The position numbers and the translations under genes were made by a program. From Perna viridis (taxonomy: Eukaryota): a DNA stretch of 64,000 bases. Location: NCBI GenBank assembly GCA_037379345.1, contig CM074521.1, forward strand, positions 32,326,704-32,390,703, read 5' to 3'. The notes below the pieces were generated by a model. That model was given only the letters and a program-made list of their open reading frames with translations, was not told the origin of the DNA and did no database searches. Shown here piece after piece: positions 50,591 to 64,000 of this stretch (its first letter is position 1; every line of letters begins with the position of its first letter).

Positions 50591-53500
50591 AATGAAATAA
50601 AAATAAGGTATTTTGAGAAAGAAAATCATGTTTGTTTTCATAATGATATATTGTTGTAGGTATAGCATGTGACATGACGGGGTCCTATATATTCATATCA
50701 GCTTATTGTATGTATGGCACGTGGCATGACTTGATACTATGTATTCAAATTTAAACCCATGGGCGCTGGGGTCTTAATTGGTGTTTGTGCTATGTTCTGC
50801 ATACCAAAGTTTAAAAAAAATTGAGAAGTAACAGAATTCTTTAATGGCGTAGCTTCGTGCATAATTGTCTTACATAAAACAATAGTTATGTCAAGTAGAT
50901 GGGGGCCCCAGACTGACCTAAGAGAGCATCTGACTCTCTCATGGCTCAGTGATTTCCTATATAATCAACAAAATTTTTCCGACCTTTGGTGGCGATGAAG
51001 GTAATGATTATGAAATACATTGCATTGGGATCGTTTAATGAAATAGCTTTTCGAGTCATGGCTTAGTCAAACAAAGTTTTAATTGATATTTGACGAATTC
51101 TATAAACATAATTTACAGTACAAAAGCAACCGTAATAAGATGCAGCTATGCACGAAATCTAGCTCATAATATACATGTATTAATATTTAAACATAATTGT
51201 TCTACAAACAATTAATAAATTGCAATTTGTTCTTCAAGTTCTGAAAATCAATATAGATTTTTTTTCTGTGTTTTTGATTTGAAAAGACAATTAAACCAAG
51301 TAATATGGGTATCTTGGTTTATATACACAAATGTCTTTCTCGTGCAATCCCCTAATGACAAATTAAATTCAAATATTCTAAAACATTTTATTTCGAGAAG
51401 TAATTTTATTACCTGTACCATGAATTATAGATTTTGTCTCTTATGTGATACTGTTGTTCACTTTTTATACTGCTTTTTGTGTTATCCTAATTAGAAAGTC
51501 GGGGAAATAATCATTCTATTTGTGAAAGTTATATTTTGTTCTTAATATTCTTACAAGTTTTGTAATATGGCTCTAAATGGGATGCATACGGTTATTGTCT
51601 GTCTATCTGTACCACCCTGATAAATACTTACTATTTACCTTTAAAAATCTGAGTAATAAAAAAGTTTGAAGAGAAAAAAAATAAAGCTTTATCCACCTTT
51701 GGTGTCTGTCAGGTAAGCTATATATAAGTTTTTTTCTACATTTTTCTATAATGAATACATGTTGAAAAGTACTTTATGGAACACATGAACATGTACTGAT
51801 CATATAATGCCTAGGTGTAGATTAGATGTTTTGGCAGATTTATTGAACTCTGAACAATATGATAAAGAACGAATCCTTAGTAATCTTTAGAAATTATTTT
51901 TTTTTAAATGTTTGAACTCTATCAAAATATGTAGTTAATGTTTTTTTCTGTCTCTTTAAGCCAGTGATTTAGTATGCACGTCATATTTTACAACCGTCGT
52001 AATTACATTTCTTTGGGAAAAAATTCCTGCCATTTTACGTTTTTAAGTTTTCTACATATCTCATGAGATAAATCGTTTTTTCACTGCATTCTAGATTTTA
52101 AACTAATGGTCACCTTTATATGATAAAATTTAGATTTTAACATGCTCGCCAAAGATCATATGTTAAAAACCTACAAAAAATTACTGAGGAATAATAGTTA
52201 TACGGTAATTCGGTTGGCGGAGCAGGACATGCTTACCTTTTTTTTTAGCACATGAAGTATTTTTCATTATTTTAGCGGGAGGTGATATTGCAATTGGTTA
52301 ATGCTTTTGTATGCTGTCTTCTTGGCCTTATCTTCACTTTTGTATATAATTGAACTTTATTCTATAGTCTGTTTGTGGATTGTTTATGTTTCCCTTTGCC
52401 AGTCTTGACCATGTCTTTGCATTGCATACTAGTGTATCTGAATTGTCTTTCTAGTCTCATGCTTTGCCGAAATTTCTTTTGTCGATTTGTGAAATATATA
52501 TCAAATGGAAAACCGATTCAAAAACTGCAATAAGACACCACGTTTCAAAGTAGTAAATGCAAATGTTAATATTCTCCATCTCTAACTGATTTGGGTAAAT
52601 TGAAAGAGGTTCAGTTTTACAATTTGCAGAATAAGGAGACTTGTGATATTTTTGTTTCTACAATAAAAAAGAGGGAGAGAGCAATATTTTGTGTAGGATC
52701 CGTAGTTATATCATTAGAGAATAGCACATATATGGTGAAACGTAAAACAATTCATCATCGTATAACTAAATTATATCAAACATGTAATTGTACATTAAAC
52801 CCTCGTCAGGCATAACGCTGAATGAAGTTAATATCAGTAAAATGCCGATAAACGAATTTTGTTTACCTTGCATCGTCTTCTTGTTTTAGTGTAAAAGAAT
52901 GTCAAATAGAAACTCTCTATTTAATCCTTATTTATTGATTAAGTCTAAGCCATAGAGCAAACACATCTACTTTTACCATCGACACACTTCTGTTATTGTC
53001 AAGTCAAGTTTGTTATTTATCAATCATAGAACTATGAAAATTTAATAAGACCGTACAATTAACCTTAGTTATCTTGATTTCATCCATTTAAAATCAAAAT
53101 ATTAGTTTTTGTTTATTGTTATTAAAATCAATCAAGATGTTCGGTAATTTTTTTAATTAAAAAAGACCTTTTGTATTTACAACAAAAATACATGTATAAT
53201 TTTCTGCAACTGTAGACCTCAGTTAGGCAAACTTTTATTGCATTAACGCATCAACTAGTTGTCCTTAAAAGGTACATGAAAATTGTGACAATTGCATTTC
53301 AGGCATGTTGTGCACATGCCCTTCAATTTACGTTTTATTACCTTTTATTTCTGTTCGATTTAAATCTCATTAAAAATTATTATCATTTTCTTTCCCTGCC
53401 TTTTTATCGATTACATCATGATATGACATGTTAACACTATCTATATTTTCGACTTGGGTGGTATTATAAAATGGCGGGAAATTTATAAGAAATATCCTCT

Positions 53501-54360
53501 TACATTGTATATGAAAAAAAGAAAAGTGTTAGTCTGTATTAAAAGTTCAAGCAGTTAAATGCTAAATGCATACGTCTGTTCCGACAAAAAGATTTTGAGC
53601 CATTCATGTTTTGACAGAAGATATACATACACTAAAAGACAAAATAATGACTGATATGACATCCATAGTCGTTGTGACTAATACAGAAACAAATTGTCTC
53701 AGTCAAGGCTTTATCTGTCTTTCAGAAATACATTCTGTCTACAACAACGACAACAAATGTTTTACTAGTCATTCGTTGTCTATCTAAACAACAAAAAATG
53801 TTAAAGTAGAAATGTTTTGGCTATGTCAATACTTGTTTAGTTAAATTAGTCAAAATATGTCTATGTCAACACGTTTTTTGAGTTGAGGTTGACAAAAATA
53901 AATGTCTACACTTTTTGCGTTGAGTTGGACAAATTGTGTCCACCTCAATGAATGTCTAGTACAATGCATTGTTGTGTTGAGTTCGGCAAATTGTGTTTTT
54001 GATGGATATTTTAAGGGTTGATATGGTCAAAATATTACTAAGTGAAACAAATTTAGTGTTTAAGTAGACATTATTTGTTTTCTTCACTTATATTTTCACT
54101 GTGCATATTCATCACAGTCATTATTTTAGCCAGCAGTGATATCTAGGAGATTACTGATTCTCCGTCCATATTATTTACATCTTGTTTGTATATTGTCTCT
54201 TTTTTTGTGTTTTCACTTTACCGACATGTACTTAGGTTTTGACATCTTTTTTTTTGTTGTTTTTTTTTCTATTTTGATCCTGATATTCAACTTATCAAAG
54301 GGTATAAAATCAACAGAATTTGAATACGTTTAATAACTGGAGTAGCCTCAAAACGTACAC

Positions 54361-54869
54361 GCCCCGTGCAGGTCATGGTGTTAAAAGAATAGGCCTGCAT
54401 CAGCGCTAAACTTGTCGTATAAGGCGACTAAATAGTGCTCAGAAACCTAGCCGGGGGCTAGGCGCTCTGCTCACAGAGCAACTGGAATGTGTGCCCCAGG
54501 TGATGGATTGGGGTACCTCTGGCGTGTTACATGCAGGGGTTGTCAGGCTATAATACGGAAAACCTGGCCGCAAACCATAGTGGTGCACCGTGTTGGGAAA
54601 GATGCCACGTTCCTCGCACGTTAAAAAACCCTGCTGTGGTATTCGATAGGAGTAGGAACCTTTGAGCTCCGCCACAGGAGGCAAAATGCCCGACCTTACC
54701 AATCCCCCTTTTTCCAGTGGCAATCAAAATTTGTCGACCCTATTATCCTTGTGTCCCATCCTTTTTTTTTCATTTCATGTTCATTTTATCATCCATTTCA
54801 TGTTCATCGTCTGAATATAGCTGAAATATTGCTGCTCGGATGTTAAACCCCAACAAACAAACAAACAAA
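54361..54869 (+). mobile_element. ~500-bp SINE-like non-autonomous retroelement (family A), full length
   Basis: 13-bp TSD TCAAAACGTACAC (54348-54360 / 54870-54882); (CAAA)n tail after gatgttaaacccc; five homologous copies in the window. Confidence 0.92.
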
Positions 54870-55499
54870 TCAAAACGTACACTCGAACTAGTGATTACTT
54901 CAGTTAGTGCTTCAGAAATTATAACAAAATATTTTATTACCACCTTTTAAAATTTTTTTTTCTTATAAGTTGATTATACTCATGTATGTTAGAAGTTTGG
55001 TCGATTCATCAGCAATATAACAAGATAATGGTGCTTTACCAACAAGGTAATATGTAAATTGGAACAAATAAAGCTTCGTCTATCACAGACAAAGCTTAAA
55101 TCAAACAAGAAAGAAAAACAGATAAATATAAAATCTAAATATAAGGAAAACAAGACAGTCCACATAAGAACTCGAGCACTTGCAATATGATCTCCCGGAA
55201 GTGTATGTATATCCTGCCTTGACAATGACAGCCATCACACATACGGTAATGCCAATTTCGATTGGTTGACAAACCGAATGAAAATGAAAATGTCTTCCTC
55301 CTGTGTGACATAAATTACTCTTTTTAGCTCCCAAGTCAGATTTATGGTTAGCCTTCGTTGCCATTATCGCTAAAGATGGTTTAGAATCAACATAATTATT
55401 GACCGATATTAAGCTTCTGTATCAAAGAGGAGAAATACATCTTCATTGGATTTCACGTCCATTCGGTTTGTCAACCAATAATACTCTATTTTTAACGAA

Positions 55500-55712
55500 A
55501 AAGTAATCAAGGAAACCAATTTTAAAGTGGAAATGTAATAGACATAGACTGGGGATACAAATACACACAACGAAGAACATGAAATTACCAAAAAGGCACG
55601 TACAAAGAAACAAATGTAAATAAGCGACACGGACTCCACTAAAAACTGGGAGCATTGACACAGGTGCACCAGTACGGTCAGTGTCCACAGCTTTTCTACC
55701 GAGTTGCTTATA
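55500..55712 (-). repeat. Penelope-like 3' tail fragment (shorter ones at ~4527-4700, ~22203-22260, ~57460-57590)
   Basis: Reverse-complement similarity to 43050-43285. Confidence 0.7.
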
Positions 55713-56644
55713 AGAAGTCCAAAACGTTTATTTTTAAATGAAAAGAGGTACGTTTTGACAAATTGGAACAATCCTCCTTTTTCATATCTCAATATTGAAC
55801 ATGTAGTGAGTTGTGCTCATACCATTTACTGCCCTACACACCCAGTTTATGTGACCTGGTATCCATAGTGTCTACGAAGAATTATGCTGTAGTAGTAAAT
55901 GATATGTTGTCGATTTGACATATCAGAGATGAATGTAGGAAAGTATATAACAAAAATGTTTATAAAATTACCTTTCCTGATCAGCCAACCAACCATATTG
56001 TCGGTCATTACTCTATGAAGATAATATGCAAATATTATCAAATTGTCATTGGAATCAACAACTCATTTTCAGATGAATTGCTAATAGATTTTCATTAGAC
56101 AGGAGAATCCCTTATGTCAAATAATTTTTTTAACAAAATGTTATTCGTTAGTGTAAATAGTGTTAGACAAATAGCAAAGTTGGGTATATGGAACGAACAT
56201 TTTCCCCAGCCATTTTGTCAGGTATAAAACATTAATGGTAAGTGTAAGTATTTGTAAAAATCAGGCAAAATTGGAAAGAATAGAAACCTGTCAAAAAACT
56301 CACAAATCTGACAGTATAATTTCACTCAAGGATGCTTTCTCTTTTTGAAAAGACTATTATATGAACTCTGCATCTGGCTCAGCAATTTGTCAATGGAATG
56401 CTAGAAATATGAGGTTTTTAACAGAGTTATCTGCCCTTGAAATGATCACTTTGCAATGCATTTCAATGAAATCATAACTTAATGAACCAACATGATATAG
56501 CAAATTTTGTTTTTTTTCTCTTGTTTCTGATGATGCAAGTGATCAAATTGAACTTTCTATTTAAGTTGTTTCTCAGACTGACACTTTATGGAACTGAATT
56601 TTGACAAGAGTTGAATTAATATATATATATATATATATATATAA

Positions 56645-56886
56645 CGTCTCAGAATGTGACGGCTCTATTTGCTACACTGCTCCATCGGATCAAATTGATA
56701 CAAGGAAGATATATAAACGTATAGAAAGGCCTGAAAAATTCCCAACGATGTTAGAACTGTCAAATTTGCGACGCAAATTTTTGGTCGTTCCCTCCGCGGG
56801 ACTCGAACTCGTACTGCTGTGACATCTATGGCAACACCGCCTGCACAAAGTCCAGCGCCCTAGACCACTCGGCCAGCTAGGCTATA
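56645..56886 (-). mobile_element. Second, partial copy of the tRNA-box element, inserted in (TA)n
   Basis: Near-identical to 17987-18230; (TA)n on both sides. Confidence 0.85.
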
Positions 56887-59800
56887 TATATATATAGTTA
56901 TATATGATGAAATGGAACCGATTTGTGTAAAATAACATGGTATGACTGTATATGGCTATATAAGTTTTGACATGACATGATCATTGTGATCGTAAAAATA
57001 AATATCATTTCAAATGTTTACAGTAACTTGTACAACAATAATCGATGTCAATGTATTTGAAAGAGCATTTGATGGAAATAAAAAAGTTTTAAGTTCAATT
57101 ATTACCATTTTATCTAAATACTAAGAATAGAACGACATAATCAAATGTTATGTTTGTCGACCATTAAACTATAATACTTATCAATCTGTCACGACATTTA
57201 GAAAGATGAAAAATGTGTTTCAATATAATACATCGTGTCATTTGCATGAAATTGTATTGTTTGAGGCAAACTGATGCACCTTAAAGTGAATAATAATAGG
57301 CGGAAGCGGACCTCCGAACCAGCATTTACCGTATACGTGGTTATTTTCGCGGTGATTCAATTTTTGCTATATTCGAGGGCGAAGCAGTATTTGATGTTTT
57401 GCTGTTTATTAGGTTTATTTTTATGATAAAAGGGTAACCATGGGAACAATGATCGTCGCGAAAATCAAAGAATGTAAATCAGGGACAAAGACCAGACATG
57501 GAAAATAGAAACACACAACAAAGAACATGAAATGATTAAAATAATATGTACAAGGCAGCAAAACCAAATGAGTAATTTTGACTCGGATTATTATTTCTTA
57601 TCGATTTAATTGATTCTTTTATATACATGTGTCATGGTCTAAAATGGTTGTACAGTAAAATGTTCAAAGCAAGTGTGTGTCGTCCCCTATGTTTACTAGT
57701 GTCACATTGACGTAAAAAAGAAATTTATAATTACAAGCAATATTCTATTGTTAAATATAATGAAGAGGAATTTCCGAATAAAAATATTTGATTTTGTATG
57801 TCATATCGTAGTAAACTAAAACATTTATGTCACGTTTGGGAGTATATGGACCGCTGTTACACATGATTTCTTGGAGTCTCCCATTCAGTGAAATTTACAC
57901 CCAAAATTGGCAAATGATGGCATTCTTCCGACAACGTGTAAATGGTGTCACATTCAATAAAAATAGGGTAATAGATAACCATATTTCTAAATTAATTGTA
58001 TAAAGACAAAAGCAGACAATACGGCTGTGCGCATTTAATCTGCATCTTGTTTGTTGTTTTTTTGTTTGTTTAGTATGAGTACATAAAAGTTACAGTCATC
58101 GTTGAGATCAGAAGGTGAACAAACATTTATAATAAAAAAGGACATATTGGATTTGAAAAATAATTATCTTATTAAAGTGTTGAACACAGCCGTTATAAAA
58201 TTGTTTGTAGGCCAAAAAAAAAAAAAAAACAAACAAACAAACAAACAAGCAGACTAAAACTCGATTACAATACCTAAGAAATTATTCAATGCTATTAGTT
58301 GATTAAAAATACATTATTTTTTTGATAGTTTGTTTTATACTAAATTTGGTGAATAAAAAAATATTTTTGTTTTGATAATGTCTCAGTTTTGTTTTCAAGC
58401 TTCTGTTTTTCAGATGATGTGTACGGAAAAACAAGGCAGTCCGTAAAATTTTTCATCTATTTTATATCGCAAATGCATTCTTTCATAAAGTTGAATATTC
58501 GTTTTTGATTAACTGCAAAGGTTAGAGGTAAATCAATTACATAAAAAAAAAACATTGATATTCATTGAAAAAGAGACATTACTTTTTCATTTCCTACAAA
58601 ATTAGGTTGTCTTCTTAAGGACCTGTAAAATCATTTTCTGAGTCACCCATTGTAGAATTACAAATTTTCACTATTGGACATACATTAAATATAAATATCA
58701 CATTGGAACAAAACATTCAGTAGGAATAAAATATACCTTGTGCCACCCATATCATAGGATCTGCATGATTTTTAATTGGACACCTTGAATGTGATTTCGA
58801 CTATAATTCTTACACATCAAACTGTGAAACAATTAAAAATTTAGTTGAGATTTTATTTCTCTTTCTTTTCATAGTTGTATGATATTTAGTTCGAAACACT
58901 TACTTGAAACAACCCAGGAACATTTTCAAATTGGCGATTTAGAAAAGAACTAGGTCAACATAATGTTGCGAGGAAGGCATATATAAATAGCATTCTTCTG
59001 TGTTGACGAATGAAGATTCTAATCAAAACATTATGGGGCTAAAACTTCTATTGTCAACAACTTAGAAACACAATCATTTTTACATCCTGTTTCTTGACTT
59101 TATCGGCTCCTCCTCGGTTGTGATATTTGCAAGAACAAACACGTCGATTGTAAGTGATCAGTCTTCATATATGATGACATTATTCAATTTAGACCACTAA
59201 AGTATCAAGAAGTTTTGATCCAACTGAAAGCTATCAATATATGATTAAAATGGTATACCGCAGATGATTTATTGTAATGACTTACCTTTGGATTGAATAT
59301 CTCAAGGGATTTTAGAATTTGAAAATTTCTATTTGATATTCATTATATAGAACCATTGCAAATTATTCAGATGAAACAACTGATAATTTCTCAGCTAAAC
59401 AAACTACTGAATCGGAACAATTCCGAAAATTGGGTGTAACGCCTTAGTAGCACAAATCAGCCATTGACAGAAAGAACCGTTATTACGAGAAAACATATTA
59501 TTTCCTCTATAACGTTCGTGAAAAAGGAGTATGATAAGAAACGACATGGGTATCAATATACAACAATAATACATTTTTATCTTAAAAACTGAACTATATT
59601 TATCAGTAATTGATAAAGAGAATATGGTTGTGAAGCAAGTATTCATTCATAATAATTCAAAGGAAAGGATGGATGGGATGATGCGGAATATATGCCAAAA
59701 TGATTGGGACAACCGAACGGTAAGTTCAATTGTCCATCTTTATACGGGAACTCTTCAAACCTTTTTACAGAAAAGTAAACAAATATCTAACCTATGAGAA

Positions 59801-60042
59801 GAATTTGAATTTTGAAACCACCAGTTATAAAGTGATCGATTATGTATTAGAAATTAAAGCTTTCAACGTTCGGTTTGATTTAAGGTCTTTTCATCATATT
59901 TATGCAAGTGCAGTGTCTTTTTGAAATAACGATAGGTTTTATACTAGAGGACAGATAATTAAATCTGAATATTCCAAAATGAAGATTATAATACCATCTA
60001 GAAATATCTCAACGACCGTATATTTGTGGTCTTTAATTCAAT

Positions 60043-60700
60043 GAGTAATCAAGGGAATCACATTTTTAGCAGAAATCAAAAGAATGTAATATAGGGACAA
60101 ATACTAGATATGGAAAACAGACAAACACACCAAAGAACATAAAATAATCAAAATAATACATAAAAGTTCATGGGTTTATGATGACGACCATAAAACTTTT
60201 GCAGGGATGACTTTAAACCTGTAGTTTGATAAACATGTTCCAGAAGCCTAAATGTAAGAAGTCTGGCACGATACAAAAAGTATGCGTAGTACCGCCAAGC
60301 TTAACGTTTGAGTTGTGATATGAATGTGTCATATACAAGTGTTGAAGGGGTGTTGCCACAGATGAAAGGAAATTTGACATATGAAATGAAAAGTCATTGC
60401 GTTTATCGTATAGTTTTGTCAATAGTTTTCCTTTCTTCTTTCGTTTACGCTGAACTTGCCTTTTTATGAGCAACTCGGCTGTTGTTTCTAGAAAAGCGAA
60501 GGACGTTTCCCTACCAGTGCACCTGCTCCATGCTCCTATTTCTAGTGGAGTCTGAGTTGCGCATGAACTTTTGTTACTTTGTATTTATTTTGTTATTGCA
60601 TTATCTTTGTTGTGTGTCTGTTTTCCATGGGTGGTCCTTGTTCCTGGATTACATTTTTGTTATTCCCGCTAGAATCTTGCTTCCATTGATTACTATCTCA
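60043..60700. mobile_element. Penelope-like fragment with inverted arrangement (minus-strand tail and RT, plus-strand tail)
   Basis: Minus strand encodes GKLLTKLYDKRNDFSF; 3' tails at 60043-60160 (-) and 60420-60700 (+) both point outward. Confidence 0.78.
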
Positions 60701-61276
60701 TTCAAATGTCCGTTTCTATATATGCAATTTATCACTAAATAACTCGTTTTTTTCGTATATAAAAGAGAAATTTTAATTTAGGTACTTTCATTAAACTGAT
60801 TATGGATAAATGTCTAAGCGTGATCAAATGCATATTTTGAAATATCCAAAATTCTGATTAACTCTTCCGCTTAAAATGAAAATTCTCAGGAATTAAAACT
60901 ACTCTTCGAAGGATGTAGAACTCGAAAAAAAAAATTCAGTTGCCGCCTGACTGAACGTGCCCATTTCTTACACTGGAAAGTTGTAACTCATATATCTCGA
61001 AAAAATCAGCATTTGCCGAAACTTGGTATATATGTTCAATGGTTCAAGCAAAAGGCAAAAACAATCGTGTGCGTCTCGATCGCCATTTTTAAAATACCGC
61101 AGTCGAAAATTCATATTTGGTCGATTTTGAAAAAATTGAAATCTGATATATGATTTTTATTCCATTTAGAAAATGAAAAAAAAATATATATCACATCTTT
61201 GATATCATTCCGCTAATCACAGAATTAAAAAAATTTGAAAATACCGAAAAATTATGAAGGAAATTTATATAATAGA

Positions 61277-61447
61277 CAGGATAATCAATTGGTTGTCATG
61301 AATAATCAAAATATTATCACTCGTGCCAAGAACTCTTGAGAATTTAACTCATGCGCGGAACAGGTTCCGCACACTCGTTAAATCTAGGCGTTCTTCGGCA
61401 CTCGAGATAATGTTTTGGTTATTTACTCTTTCCAATTAATTATCCTA
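61277..61447. repeat. Fold-back palindromic element (~170 bp)
   Basis: GGATAATCAATTGG...GCGGAAC-AG-GTTCCGC...CCAATTAATTATCC. Confidence 0.75.
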
Positions 61448-61702
61448 TGAATAAGAATTTGTCTGCACGGAAAATATCTTGATGATAAAACATTGTAAAT
61501 ATTCGAATCTTAAACCTTGAAAACAACTTGTTTTTCTTATACACCATATCTATTCCTGTCTTGTTATGAATCTTAATTTATGGCCAAGCTTCAGAAACAA
61601 CCTTCCAAATCTGATTTAATGTTCAAATTTAATAATACGTATATTGCCCTGACACGTTAAATCCCGCCATAAATTTTATGTGCCTGTCTCACACCAGGAA
61701 CC

Positions 61703-62206
61703 GCCCCGGTCAGGTCCGGGTGTTAAAAGAATAAGCCTGCAGCAGCGCTAAGCTTGTCGTAAAAGGCGACTAAATAGTGCTCAGAACCCTAGTCGGGGGA
61801 TAGGGCGCTTTGCTCACAAAGCAACTGGGATGTGTGCACCAGGTGGTGGAATGGGGTACCGCTGGCGTGTTACATGCTGGGGTTGTCAGGCTATAATACT
61901 GAAAACCTGACCGCAAACCATATTGGTGCATCGTGTTGGGAAAAATGTCACGTTCCTCGCACGTTAAAGAACCCTACTGTGGTATTCTTCCGGAGTAGGA
62001 ACCATAGGGCTCCGCCACAGGAGGCTAAATTGCCCGACCCTACCCACCTCTCCCTATTTCCAGTGGCATTCAAAATTATCGACCCCATTGTCCTTGTGTC
62101 CCATCCCTTATTTATTTTATCATCGTTTCATGTTCATTTTATCATCAGTTTCATGTTCATTGTCTGAATATAGCTGAAATATTGCTGCTCAGACGTTAAA
62201 CCCCAA
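61703..62206 (+). mobile_element. Family A element, full length, inserted into an older repeat
   Basis: 13-bp TSD CACACCAGGAACC (61690-61702 / 62207-62219). Confidence 0.92.
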
Positions 62207-63544
62207 CACACCAGGAACCTGAACCCCAGTGGTGGACGCTTTTTGATATTCAATTTTATTCCTTTTACGTTTTGCGTATAGATTATTTCGATGTTTGTCT
62301 TTTATGAATAGTTTCACATTATTTATTTTGGCATTTTTTACAGTCTCTTTATTGTATGGGTTTTGTCTATCCTTAAAGACCCTATTGAGACCTGTTGAAG
62401 TCTATTGTGTGGTGCTTGGCATTTGGTCAATCGCTATATCATTGGAATTCATTTCTTATATGTACACGCATGTGTATTCATCGATATTGAATTAAAATAA
62501 CATACCTTCCTTGCCACTCTCTCTTTGCCATTTTGACAACACTTATAAAACTCGAGATGTATACATAAAGAAATTCTCCTGAATTCTATTTAAACTATTT
62601 GATTCTATCTGTTCTAAAAAATGCAACCACATCTGCCTGGAAGAAAAAGAGCCAATATATGCATTAGTACCAATTAATGGACAATTGAGGACGAAACAAA
62701 ACATTTACAATCATATTTCAATAATCATTTACATTCAGGTTGAATAGCTTTTTCAAGTTAAAGGATATCTGCATATTTCTGGTGTTAATTCCTTTGATCA
62801 ATCCATAATATTTAGACTGCTTTAATGTTCAAGGATTCATTACTAATGACATATGAATTATTAATTGAAATTAATTGGTTTCAGGTAGATGGATTGGAAA
62901 TGTTAGATATGGATTTAAATGTCGTATTTGTATTACAAATTAGTTGTTGTCTACTCAATTGTTGGTAAAACTTATTCGATAATATTGTATGAAGTAATTG
63001 GTTTATATTGTAATTTGAACTTCATTGGTTAAAATATGATTCAAGAAACATTCTCATTGTAAATATATTAAGCATGTACGGTAATACATATCAAATTATA
63101 AAGCAGATATAACTTCTGCAAGTAAGTAGAAAGTTTAATGAGTCGTAGGATTTGATGGTGCATTAAGTAATCATACAGTGACATTGTGTATTATATCGCA
63201 ATACAATGCAGTGATTTATTGAATGTTCTCTGTGTAAAAAAAATCGATGATTTATAATGTAAAATAAATTTGGTAATTTCACTCTTGGATTTCTCCCACT
63301 AGAATGGCATTACGCGAATAAAAATTCGCCGGTTTATGTTAACAATAGCAATGAATCGAACAAGTTTTACACGCACGATAAATCGCATTCGCGATCATAT
63401 TTTGGTCATTTGGTTTTTTTTTTCAACTGATTATCCTATTTTTATTACAAAACATTTTCAACGCATTTACAAGATTTCATTTACAGCATATTAATTTCGA
63501 TTGCACATCAAACACCTGTCGAAAAGGACACAGTTCTTGTTTTG

Positions 63545-64000
63545 TATTGATTGATTGATTGTTAGGGTTTTACGTCCGGACAGCAAATTTCAGCTATATT
63601 CAGACGATGAACATGAAATGGATGATAAAATGAACATGAAATGAAAAATGGGATGGGAAACAAGGATAATAGGGTCAATAAATTTTGATTGCCACATGAT
63701 AAAATGGATGGATGGGTAGGGTCGGGCAATTCAGCCTCCTGTGGCTTAGCGCAAAGGTTCCTACTCCTATCGAATACCACAGCCGGGGTCTTTAACGTGC
63801 GAGGAACGTGGCATCTTTCCTAACACGGTGCACCATTATGGTTTGCGGTCAGGGTTTCCGTATTATAGCCTGACAACCCCAGCATGTAACACGCTAGGGG
63901 TACCCCATTCCACCACCTGGGGCGCACATCCCAATTGCTATGTGGGCAGAGCGCCTAGCCCCCGGCTAGATTTCTAAGCACTATTTAGTCGCCTTTTACG
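63545..64000 (-). mobile_element. Family A element running off the window end
   Basis: (CAAT)n tail at ~63545-63560; homology to the other copies. Confidence 0.88.

Noticed and set aside
54410-54436. Pistol or HDV-like ribozyme assignment for GTCGTA(A/T)AAGGCGACTAAATAG
   Set aside because: Hairpin plus UAAAU recalls pistol and CUAA recalls HDV J4/2, but I could not find the required pseudoknot partner or the P1.1/P3 pairings; left as an unclassified structure

Overview
AT-rich, intron-containing animal genomic DNA whose repeat families look bivalve, probably mytilid (inference); there is one N gap at 7239-7367. Two spliced host genes, convergently oriented, were reconstructed by hand with GT-AG introns and consistent phases. 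The first is a 7-exon, 265-aa cation-dependent mannose-6-phosphate receptor/ATG27-type MRH membrane protein (+, 3200-10484). The second is a 13-exon, ~900-aa protein with a polar N-terminus, 4 ankyrin repeats, ZU5(HFS)/UPA-like region and death domain (-, 16793-31158). The right half is a TE nest: a decayed Ty3/Gypsy element (-, 33852-44520) with an extra C2H2 zinc-finger ORF at the env position and nested insertions, and a decayed OTU-Rep-PIF1 Helitron/Helentron (+, 46182-50590). Interspersed repeats include five copies of a ~500-bp non-tRNA SINE-like element with a fixed 5' start and a covarying pseudoknotted head, two (TA)n-targeted tRNA-containing retrozyme-like elements, many Penelope-like 3' fragments and several MITEs.
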